Shown here: positions 1 through 10,384 of the stretch, in pieces
Layout of the letters: each line of letters opens with the position of its first letter
Numbering within the stretch: the stretch's first letter is position 1
DNA from: Dicyema japonicum
Taxonomy: Eukaryota > Animalia > Dicyemida
DNA: 64,000 bases
Assembly: GCA_011109175.1 (NCBI GenBank)
Contig: RDEW01000018.1
Coordinates: forward strand, 1,103,222 to 1,167,221
Direction: 5' to 3'
Translations under genes and position numbers: made by a program
Notes under the pieces: generated by a model
What the model was told of the DNA's origin: nothing
The model's input: only the letters and a program-made list of their open reading frames with translations
Databases searched by the model: none

Positions 1-109
1 AAATCACTAAAGCCATGCTGTTTTTTTTAATTCGAAAGACCACGGTTAAACTAAAAAACTAAACTAAGTGATCCCGACGAATTGGATCAAGGCTCTCATC
101 ATTGTTCGG

Positions 110-1560
110 TGTTGATCTATTGAGACTACACAAGTTCGTTGCGGACGAGCACTTTCTTTTTGGCATTGTTGTCCATTTTTGTTTTTTTTCGATTATTTTC
201 TCCATGGGAATTAATGTCTTCCCTTGTGTGCCATCTCTCCGTTAGCTTGAAGGCCCTTTTCTGGTTTGCGGAGTTTTCTGGATGTTCGTATAAGAGGCCA
301 GTGGTCCCCATGAAGTACACGCATATGAAATGCATGATGGTTCGATGTACTGTGAGTAGAGCGTTTTAAGTATAGGGTGATGTCCAATTTTCCATAGACC
401 TGCTAGGCATTTCAGAAGGTTGATTTTCTTCTCACATTTGATCAGCACGTTAGTGAAATGTCTCGAAAAGTTCATATGCGTATCCAATGTCAGACCCAAT
501 ATTTTCTGCCATTTGCTGAACGGCAATGCTCTTCCCTCCGCAGTAACTTATATTGTCCTGTTTGACAATCTTTTGTCCGAGGAATAGAGTTGTAAGATTT
601 TTCGGTATTGATTGACATCCGATTTTCATTAAACCACTCGAGTAGTCGATCCATGTGTTGTTGTATTCTTTCCGTCGCTGTTTGGGTGTTCTGATGCCGT
701 GAGGCTAAGACGATATCGTCTGCATAAGCAAGAAACAGGTCGTCTTCTCCATTCGGCGTCGGAATGTCAGCCGTAAATAGGTTGAATAAATGGTGATAAC
801 GGCAAGCCCTGGGGTACTCCATTTAAGAATAAACGGGAGACAGAATGAATGTTTCCAATGCACACTCTACCTCTTCGTCCGCTAAGGAAGTTCATCAGTC
901 AGCGTTTGAGGTTTTCAGGGACATCTGATTGGTAGATTTTCCATGTTAGGTACTTCCTCGGCACAGAGTCGAAAGCTTTGTGGACGTCCAGTGAGCATAA
1001 CAAAGTTTTCTGGTTGTCTTGGTTTACACAGAAATCCAGAGCGAATAAAGTTATTCAGGGATGTGAGGAAACTCGTTGTGGACCGATCCTTTATGAAACC
1101 ATGCTGTAACGGTTTATCGGGAGTCCTTTCAGTAATTTTTGCGAGGATTAGTTTTTCCAGAATTTTTGACATGGAGCATAAAAGAGAAATAGGCTTGAAG
1201 GAAGCTGGGTCTTCTTTCGATTTTCCTAGATTAAATACTAAGCGAATGTTTCAAGTTTCCATATCGTTGGGATTGAGTTATAATTAATTGACCATTGTAG
1301 ATTTTGGTCAGGGTACCGATTCTCTCTTTGCCTAGGTTTTTCAGGAAAATTATGGGAATTCCGTCTGGACCATGACTTTTGTTTGGCTTAGGGATACCAT
1401 TACCTTCTTTTCCGTGAAATAAGTTAATTGATCCCTGTTCGGTTTTCTTAGGGTTCCGTTCCTTAACCAGAGCCTTCTTTCCGTACTCTCTTGTCTAAAC
1501 GACATAGCTTTTAGGGACAGCCATTTTTTTGTTTCCAGGATGACTTTGTTGACGTAGGCA
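110..1560 (-). mobile_element. Frameshifted non-LTR retrotransposon (I/Jockey-like, family A) reverse transcriptase relic
   Basis: Minus-strand pieces read SHGPDGIPIIFLK, SFKPISLLCSMSKILEKL, LQHGFIKDRSTT, LAYADDIVL and KILGLTLD (ORFs 915-1172, 490-822, 242-526). Confidence 0.85.
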
Positions 1561-1569
1561 ACCACTATA

Positions 1570-1945
1570 TCTGCATGGATTGCCCCCTTATAAATATCGG
1601 CACAGAGCAAGCTGGTAGATCTACAAAACCGATGTCTCATAATACTATTGAGATCGTCGAAAAAGACGTCCACTTCGTTACTACGGAGAACACTAAACGT
1701 CCCTCCAATCATGGAATATCTTACAGAACGCCATCGAGACTTCCTTAAGATGGCAAAGTCTTCTGACCATGTCCTCGGACCGCACATAAATCATATATGG
1801 ACGGCTGCTCGAGATATGTGAAGAAACCTTCCCCGCTGTAGAGATTAAGGACTCCAAAACTAACTTCAGAAAAAGGACACCGAGATCACTCAATCAGACG
1901 ACAACTTTAATCGTCTTTCTCGTGATTTCGTGGTTAATAAAATAA
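1570..1945 (+). mobile_element. 3' region of LINE family B
   Basis: Closely similar by eye to 41885-42270 and 46008-46380; encodes the post-RT tail AWIAPL..AQSKLV.LQNRCLIILLRSSKK. Confidence 0.85.
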
Positions 1946-1954
1946 AACAATTTT

Positions 1955-2242
1955 CTTTTGGATTTTCGCAGTTACTAGGTCCACTTGATGAGTGAATGCG
2001 AGGAGGGGATCCAGGATGACTCCAGGGATTGAAAAGATCTTAATGGGAGGAGGGGAGTCATACAGTTTTATTCGTGGTGTTGCCCGCATTTCTTTTCGTT
2101 CTGAGGTAAACGTCATTGCATGTGACTTTCCTGGTGATATATTCAGACGGTTCTTCAGGAACCAAAGACCCATCAGGTTTAGTAGATCTTGCACGGACCG
2201 TGTCGCCTCCTCGATTCTTCGATGTTTCATTGCGATCACGTG
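1955..2242 (-). mobile_element. LINE family B RT C-terminal fragment, opposite in orientation to the adjacent 3' piece
   Basis: ORF 1934-2239 (HVIAMKH...LNISPGKS...GVILDPLLAFTHQV); its reverse complement matches 41690-41790. Confidence 0.8.
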
Positions 2243-2244
2243 AT

Positions 2245-3266
2245 CAATGAAAGTCTCTACAAAAAGTTGAGGATGACGGAATCGTGCCCATGGAACAACG
2301 ATGCTGGAGTGAAGATCAGATTGGTGATGGTGCTCAAGAGATTGCAGTTAGAGAGCCATGAATGGCTCAAAACGAAAGAGAATAAATTCATACAGCTAAT
2401 CTTTAAATAGTTTAATTATGACTTTTATGTTTCTTCTTTGGTTGAAAAATTTTTTCCTCTCATGATTTGTATGAAAATGAGCTTTATCAGCCATCCCTAT
2501 TTTCTGGCTCCCTTTTTGTAATCAACAAACTAACTGCGAAATAATCACAGCACACACTTTAAGGTCAAATCGGAACGAAACGGCTATTCTCTTATCATCC
2601 AGCTGGTCATCAATTTCAGTAATAGGATAGGCATTCAACCAAGTAACCGTTGAATGACTGCTGGCAGTTTTGAGGCAGACAAGTTTTCTTTTATCTCCAC
2701 AGCTCTCAAGGTACATTTCATCAAAAAAACATCTTAAATGCGATTTTCGATTAGTAGTTCACCAGGAGTATTAAGAAATAAATCCTTCCATGCACCCATA
2801 GCTTCTGAGGGTAAAAGAGATACGTTTAGGTCGGAATCCCTACATCCTAAGATGAACTGAAGAGGTAAAATGTGACTCAATGGCGTGTCGAAAGGTACAA
2901 TAGGACATATCCCACTGAACCAACAGGAAGTGCTGTTTAAATCCATTCATTTTTGTCAAAATGTATATTCAAAGTCATATTTACATGTGACTCAAGTTCA
3001 CCATCAAGGAAAGATAGAAGATCTTCATAACAGTGTCACCATCTGAAAATGATTTTGGGAAGCATGAGGCAGTTTTTGAAATCTAAAAGCCCAACGTGGT
3101 TGTCCAAAATGGTCAACTTGATGAAAAAGCGTTATCTTGAATTTGCTGCCTTAAAAGTCTTAAAACGTAATCTATGTCAATGCTTAACCCAGAATTTAAT
3201 TTGGACAGAAAGAAAGACTTGTGAAATAAAAAATACATAAAAATGACTATAAAAATATATTCCATG
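2245..3266 (+). repeat. ~1.02 kb dispersed duplication, copy 1
   Basis: Aligns by eye with few differences to 7378-8401; a composite of an R4-like tail, an antisense CRE relic and AT-rich flank. Confidence 0.95.
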
Positions 3267-3905
3267 ACCTCTGTCTTGTCTGAAAACGGAGTATCCTGGA
3301 AAGTTGGGGTTGGTCGCTGTGAATTAACTAAGTAAAATAATAATAACGATTTATTAACAAAATAGTTAAAAAGTTTTCTGGAAGTTATTACATCTGAGAC
3401 CTACCAAGGCTTAGACTCCACACCCGGACCCTTCCTCCTTTTTAAATTTTTTTCAGGACGTTTTTCCCAGCTTTATATACGTGTTCTGGATCTTTGATCT
3501 ACTCTTGAAACCATTGATCCGATCATTCACAATCCTGCTAATCGGTTCTAACAGCTTATTTTCGTCCTCCCTTAGACAGTCTTTCAGTTTCTTGTTTAAG
3601 GAGAGCTTAATGCAGCTCTCCTTAAATCAGCGGTCTCGATTGGGAGTGCGAGAAATAATTTTAGAATTCATGATTACTTGTACATATATGAAAATGATCT
3701 TTAAATAATATATGTCACCGTCGTTACGTTGAATTCAATCGAGTTTTTGCATTTTTATGTTTTGAAAATATAAACGATTTTAACTAAAAATTACACCATT
3801 TAACTAAGAAATATATGAATTATCCAGAAAACTAATTTTTATTTTGATTAGGTCTACGTACGGACGGTGACATTCTTTATATTGGGTCAATCGATGAGGA
3901 AATGT

Positions 3906-4024
3906 GAACAAAATAATAGGAATTTAGTATCATCTATCAAAATGAAAATAAATTCAATTTTGAAAATAAACTTCCAAATTTTAATAAATTAGTAAATAGC
4001 TTCTGTGGTTGAAAAGTCAATTCC
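3906..4024 (+). repeat. ~120 bp direct repeat, copy 1
   Basis: gaacaaaataataggaattt...tctatcaaaatgaaaataaatt...aagtcaattcc recurs at 6247-6363. Confidence 0.8.
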
Positions 4025-4185
4025 TTTCACGATATGAAGGAAATCCACTTGATCAGACATCCCTGTTATCTGGATCCCTTTTGTGTAATAAGCAAAATAA
4101 TGACACGCCAAGGAAATCAATTTGAGTCCTAAAATCCACGATGTATAAGCTGCGGAAATATCATTAAATAATATATATTATTGTT

Positions 4186-5202
4186 ATGCCGTTCCAATTT
4201 TATATTCTCACGAAATCACGATTCACAATGATAGATTTAATGAAAAAACGTATAGTAGCAGTCATTGCAGTACATATTTTTGAAGTTTTAGCTCAGGTGA
4301 TTTTACTACTCATTATCCTGGTCTTCAAGATGTACTCTATAGATACTTTGATGGAGAAAAACACAAATATTTTGATAGTGGTAATCTCGGGTAAACTTAA
4401 TTTATCTATTAGATCCTAAAAATCAAGAAAGAAGGCAGGTGATTAGAGAAACGTGGGGTAATAAGAAAACAATAAAGGCATTTAATGCAACGTTAGTATT
4501 TTTCATGGGACACTATAAAACTGGACGACCTTCTTATCTGGCTGAAGAATCAAAACTTCATGGAGATCTTATATTCGCAGACTTTTGCGAATCTTACTTC
4601 AATTTGAGCATCAAAAGCATTGAGGCTCTCCAGTTGCTTTTTATTAATAAAATAAGATGGGCTTCTTATAACTTTAAGAATTTTAATTTTTTTGTTAAAG
4701 TCGATGACGACGTCCTCTTCAACATTGAAGCATTGACATTAAGGATTTCTCAGTTTGGATTCCGCATCAAACAAGATGGCCGTTTTTTGTTTGGGTTTTT
4801 GATGAAGAATAATAAGGCGATAAGGGAAAATTCAAAATGGTAATTTCAAGTTAAATTCTAAGGGCAATTTCCTACGATGAGTATCTCTTAGATGATTATC
4901 CTCCATTTTGTTCTGGCACGTGCTATGTTTTGACAAGGACAGCAGTAGATACTATAGTTGAAGTTTGTAAAATTAAAAAATTAATACATTTGGAAGATAT
5001 CGCAATTACAGGTAAAAATTAACTAAACTCTAAAGGAATTTGTCGTGAAGAAGCACATGTCATAAAATATAATGTCAATGGATTCATTATCACTCAGAAT
5101 TCTGGGAACATTTGCCTCAGTAAAAACGCAGTCTCTCACCATCTTGATCAATCCCCTGATGAAATGAGAGAGTTTTACTATCAACAAAAAAACAATTGTT
5201 GA
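4186..5202 (+). CDS. Beta-1,3-galactosyltransferase (GT31 family), type II membrane protein, three micro-introns
   Basis: Spliced at 4391-4412 (22 nt), 4840-4862 (23 nt) and 5012-5035 (24 nt), all GT-AG; gives ISDPKNQERRQVIRETWG, VKVDDDV, YPPFCSGTCYV and LEDIAITG. Start codon uncertain. Confidence 0.9.
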
Positions 5203-5254
5203 AAACTAATAAATGAGATTTTCCTTTTTATCATGCATTCCTCATTCGACGAAT

Positions 5255-6216
5255 AAGGATGGGAACAAGCTACCTTGCCCGTTCGCTTTGATGGACTCGG
5301 AATTTTCTCACCATCTGATTTACCACACCCGGCATATCAATCCTCATTGGACTCCAATCAGAATTTGATCATGATGATTCTCCAGCTCCCATCAGAGTTG
5401 TCAAAGATCGAAGATTTGGTACACCCTAAAGTCAAACAACCCGAACAGAGAGACCTTTATGAGTCTGTCTGCGAGGATTAATACGAGAGGCTTTTGAAAA
5501 TATCTAACCAACACCGACGAGCCTGTCTTTTAACTGCAAGATGCGAGTGGAGCGGGGCTTGGATCAATGCCCTACCCATTGGAAACGTGGAAACTCATCT
5601 AGACAATGAAACGGTCCGCACCGGAGTCTCCATCAGACTTGGATTGAAAGTTTGTCAACCCCATGAGTGCCGATGCGGCCGGAAGGTCGACTGCTATGGA
5701 CATCATGCCCTTTCTTGTCGAAAAAGCGCAGGTCGATTCGCTAGACACAAGGCTATAAATGAAGTGGTGAAGCGCGCCCTCGAGTTGGCGGGATACCCAT
5801 CCATTCTAGAGCCAACGGGCTTGAGTAGGGATGATGGGAAGCGACCCGATGGAATTACTGTCTTCCCCTTCTCTCGGGGCAAATGCTTAATTCGGGATGC
5901 TGCCTGTACTGACAGCTTTTCCCAGTCGAAACTTTTGAGGTCGGCAATGAAAGCGGTAGAGGCCTCCCGTTTATATGAAAACTCAAAAATATAGAAATAC
6001 AGCAGCCTCCTAAACCGTTACCATTTACAGCCAGTGGTCGTCGAGACGAGCGGAGTCTTTGGCCCCAAGACGGTCTTTTTCCTTAGAGCACTTAGGTGTC
6101 TATTGACCAAAGCCTCGAGGGAGCGTCGGGAAACCGAGTGGCTATTCCAAAGGATATCCCTGGCAGTAGTCAGAGGTAACAGCCACTCGATCATATCCGC
6201 TGGACTCAGTAATTAA
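5255..6216 (+). mobile_element. 5'-truncated CRE-clade non-LTR retrotransposon 3' portion
   Basis: LPVRFDGLGI, HALSC...RH zinc motif, KRPDGIT restriction-like endonuclease, VVETSGVFG and QRISLAVVRGN; homologous to 12366-13100. Confidence 0.9.
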
Positions 6217-6246
6217 CTACTCATGATTACTCAGTTATTTCTTTAT

Positions 6247-6363
6247 GAACAAAAATAATAAGAATTTAATCACGTCTATCAAAATGGAAATAAATTTAAT
6301 TTTGAAAATAAACTTCCACAATTTTATAAATTAGTAATTATCTTTGGTTGAAAAATCAATTCC
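6247..6363 (+). repeat. ~120 bp direct repeat, copy 2
   Basis: Matches 3906-4024. Confidence 0.8.
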
Positions 6364-6679
6364 TGAATAAAAAAATCTTTTGTGGTGTAGGGCATGTTTG
6401 TTTTGAATAAACAATTTGAAACATATTCTACGGGCCTTCCTGCTGACATGGAAACTGAAAACACGGACGAAGTAGAATGGCTCGGGAACTGTATAATGTT
6501 CTGGAGATTACTTCGGATGCTGTTTTTAGCACAAAACCGCAAGCTCTGATAGCCATGGCTGATGTTGTAGAGTAGAGTGGGCCAGCGAGGTTGTCAGACT
6601 TTCTCGTCAGAGATTTAATCGTATTCCGAGGAATGGATAGTCCATTATAACGGATACTTTCAATGAAAAGTTTGAGACC

Positions 6680-7542
6680 TCGAAGTCTATCTCCGATATC
6701 AAAAAACTCTCAAGATTGTCATGTACAAAGAATTCTATCAAGAGTGATTCTTGTGGAGCTCTCTCACAGAATTATGAAATATCCAATTTAAGAAATTATC
6801 TTGAGGAATTTAATTCCAAATTGGGAGAGTTCAAAGTCTTCTCGAACTAATCGGCTTGCCACTAAAAAGATTCCTTACAAAATTTTGGTTAAAAAGCTAC
6901 TATTTGGAATGAATCTTGCAATTAAAGAAAATTTGAAATCCTATGAACTTGGATGAAATTTTAAAGAAGCTGAAGACTCACTCAGTCCAATCAATAGTCA
7001 CAACTGAGAATGTTGAGATCCGAGTCGATACGACGCTAATGACGGATTTCAAAGTACAGCATAATAAGCCGGACATATTTTTTTATAAAAGGACAAGTGA
7101 GATTACTTTAGTAGAGGTTGGAATCATTTTTCAGGAGTTGCTGAAAGTGGTTAAAGTAGAAAAACTTCATAAATAGGACTTCCTCGCTGGAGAGTTGTCT
7201 CAAATATACAATGCGAAAATTAAAATTATTCCTATTGTTTTGGGAGAGAATTTTAAGTTCTACAAGTCATACATGGATGTTTTGTGTTAAAGAAAACTCT
7301 TGAAAGCATGTTAGTGGAGCACCGACATGAGATGAACTTTCAAGAGAGTGATGTTAGTGAGGTCATTCATTTCTTACAATGAAAGTCTCTACAAAAAGTT
7401 GAGGATGACGGAATCGTGCCCATGGAACAACAATGCTGGAGTGAAGATCATATTGGTGATGGTGCTCAAGAGATTGCAGTTAGAGAGCCATGAATGGCTC
7501 AAAACGAAAGAGAATAAATTCATACAGCTAATCTTTAAATAG
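6680..7542 (+). mobile_element. Decayed R2-group (R4/Dong-like) element C-terminal REL region
   Basis: SVQSIVTTENVEIRVDT..HNKPDIF...TLVEVGI..EKLHK; homologous to 16430-16855. Confidence 0.8.
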
Positions 7543-8401
7543 TTTAATTATGACTTTTATGTTTCTTCTTTGGTTGAAAAATTTTTTCCTCTCATGATTT
7601 GTATGAAAATGAGCTTGATCAGCCATCCCTATTTTCTGGCTCCCTTTTTGTAATCAACAAACTAACTGCGAAATAATCACAGCACATACTTTAAGGTCAA
7701 AGCGGAGCGAAACGGCTATTCTCATTGCTTATCATCCAGCTGGTCATCAATTTCAGTAATAGGATAGGCATTCAACCAAGTAACCTTTGAATGACTGCTG
7801 GCAGTTTTGAGGCAGACAAGTTTTCTTTTATCTCCACAGCTCTCAAGGAAGACCTTATCAAAAACACATCTTAAATGCGATTTACGATTAGTACTTCATC
7901 AGGAGTATTAAGAAATAAATCCTTCCATGCACCCATAGCTCCTGAGGGTAAAAGAGATACGTTTAAACCGGAATCCCTACATCCTAGGATGAACTGAATA
8001 GGTAAAATATGACTCAATTGAGTGTCCAAAGGTATAATAGGATATTTCCTACTGAACCAACAGGAAGTGCTGTTTAAATCCATTCATTTTTGTCAAAATG
8101 TATATTCAAAGTCATATTTACATGTGACTCAAGTTCACCATCAAGGAAAGATAGAAGATCTTCATAACAGTGTCACCATCTGAAAATGATTTTGGGAAGC
8201 ATGAGGCAGTTTTTGAAATCTAAAAGCCCAACGTGGTTGTCCAAAATGGTCAACTTGTTGAAAAAGCGTTATCTTGAATTTGCTGCCTAAAAGTCTTAAA
8301 ACGTAATCTATGTCAATGCTTAACCCAGAATTTAATTTGCACAGAAAAGAAAGACTTGTGAAATAAAAAAATACATAAAAATGACTATAAAAATATATTC
8401 C
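7378..8401 (+). repeat. ~1.02 kb dispersed duplication, copy 2 (continuous with the upstream R4-like element)
   Basis: Matches 2245-3266. Confidence 0.95.
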
Positions 8402-8489
8402 TAATTCTACAAGATAAAATTTATCCCATAAAACAATAATATGGGAATTTCGACACTTTCAGAAATTCTTAAAAAAAGTGAAAATGGGT

Positions 8490-8625
8490 AAACTGAGTTT
8501 ATCATTCGCTTGTTTAATGGATTTTAGAAAATTGAAACTATATTCCTTCCAAAAACACAACTGTTCATCTTCTACCAATGGATTTAGCCATAATCAAGAA
8601 CTTTAAGCCATAATCAAAAACTTAA
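8490..8625 (+). mobile_element. pogo/Tigger (DDE_1) transposase relic
   Basis: IETIFLP.NTTVHLLPMDLAIIKNFK resembles the conserved FLPPNTTSxLQPMDQGIIxxFK motif. Confidence 0.65.
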
Positions 8626-8629
8626 ACAG

Positions 8630-8960
8630 GAAGCCTTGGTTGTTTCTCAACTTACCCGTTTCTGAAAGGTGACTAGGGATGGATATGATGTCTGATGCAT
8701 ATGCCGCGTGATCTTCCGCCTTAGAGTTTATACGCTCGATCTGCTCGTGTGCTTGTCCCTGAGTTCTTTTTTATGATAGGTTTTAAAACGTTTCATTTCT
8801 GAAGACCCTTTGTTAACACTTCCTCCGTGTGACTGGAGAACGTTATAAGAGTCGAATGTCACTCCAAAGATCTTCTGGATTCGCGTATAAGGAATGGCTG
8901 TGGTTTTAGATAGCCGGAAATCGAAAGCTGTGTCTAAAAATACTAAAAGATCGTTCTCTC
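8630..8960 (-). mobile_element. LINE RT thumb/tail relic
   Basis: QKIFGVTFDS..FSSHTEEV on the minus strand, with frameshifts. Confidence 0.55.
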
Positions 8961-9297
8961 ACCTTTTTTGTATTAAAATGCTCTTGGGAGTGGTTGAAAG
9001 AAGTACTGACTCTAACTACTCACAATTACATATTTGACCATTTCTCGTGAATATTATTGGTCAGTTTTACTTGGTGGGACATCTCATGGGATTTGGCTTT
9101 ACCACATTCGGCCTCAAAGCTTTAAACGAGTGCATTCACGGCAGGGAGATCATGGATTCACTTCCAGGGAACACTTTATGTGAGTTCACTCACAATCGCA
9201 CGTACATGTTCCTTTTGTGATTGGAAGTTCATGGTCACGTGGTTTTCATCTTGGTTGTTGCCATCATCTCCATTATATATTCCTCAAAGTTTAGCTT

Positions 9298-9776
9298 TGA
9301 CGTAGTCTAATAAGTCCTGGACCAATTCCTGATGGTTCCGGGCTCGAGTCTCGCTGCTGTCCATTTTGGCCAAAAGTTCTACGATGCCCATGGGATTGAA
9401 GACTGACGCCGTAATCAGATACCTCACAGTGGAACCAGATTATGTACATCCCTCTAACGATTAGATACCTCGAATATTTTTTGCTCAAATAAAGTATGCA
9501 TTCGGAGATAAGTGACTGACGTCAAAACTTAATTATCCCTTCCCCAACGATAGTAATGTTTCTTCTTCTTGTGTGAGAGTCTTTGAGACAATTTGGTTCC
9601 GCAGTGATGAATCGCTGATTACGACGTCAGTCTTCAATCCCATGGGCATCGTAGAACCTTCAACCGAAGTGGACAGCAGCGTGATTAGAACCCGGAACCT
9701 TCGACCGAAATGGATAGAAGCGAGAATCGGACCCGGAACCATCAGTAATTAGTCCTGCATTTATTACACTACGTCA
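9298..9776. mobile_element. Foldback/MITE-like element with ~140-185 bp imperfect terminal inverted repeats
   Basis: Left arm tgacgtagtctaata...gttctacgatgcccatgggattgaagactgacg is the reverse complement of the right arm ending ...ttattacactacgtca; ~150 bp non-repeated core; no clear target-site duplication. Confidence 0.75.
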
Positions 9777-10384
9777 TAACTAGGGCAGTTTTTTATGGCA
9801 ACTACAATTTCTAAAAATGGGATCCGATACAGTTCAACAGCGTCAGTGATCTGCTTCCAAGATAAACAAACACATGTTATTCAGAACACTTTGCTAAGTA
9901 CGGCAAAGTTTATCAGCTTATAGGGATCAGACTCAGAAATTTAGGAGCCCCAATTAACAATTAAATTTTAAATTTAGTTCTTAAATATTTAGTTCTTTTA
10001 ATGTAAATTGTGATTTCGATCCTGGAATTACAAGGAATAGTGTTCTTACACGTGTTTAATATTTTATTTTTTATTAAAATAATTAATTAGAAGTAAAATG
10101 ACCTTTATGGAAACTAAAACCGATTATGGCATTTAAAAACAAAAATGGCAAAATCGCATCTATAACTTCGTAAAGATAAAACATTTTTAATTAATTTTAT
10201 ATAATTTAACTTATTAATAAACCCTTTCTTTACAAATGGCATTTTATGGCAAAAATGGCACTAGTCATAACTAAACTAACAATGATTTATTAAAAATGTA
10301 TATAAAAGTTGATTTTTTTTAGAAATAAATTAAAGATTAATAAATAAGAATTTATAAATAATTTAAAAGACAATAAATTAATAA

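Noticed and set aside
1570-2242. Twin-priming 5' inversion
   Set aside because: The inverted piece lies downstream of the 3' end and joins tail-to-tail, the opposite of the twin-priming arrangement.
9291-9742. ORFs 9291-9488 and 9533-9742 as genes
   Set aside because: By-products of the inverted-repeat arms with no protein features.
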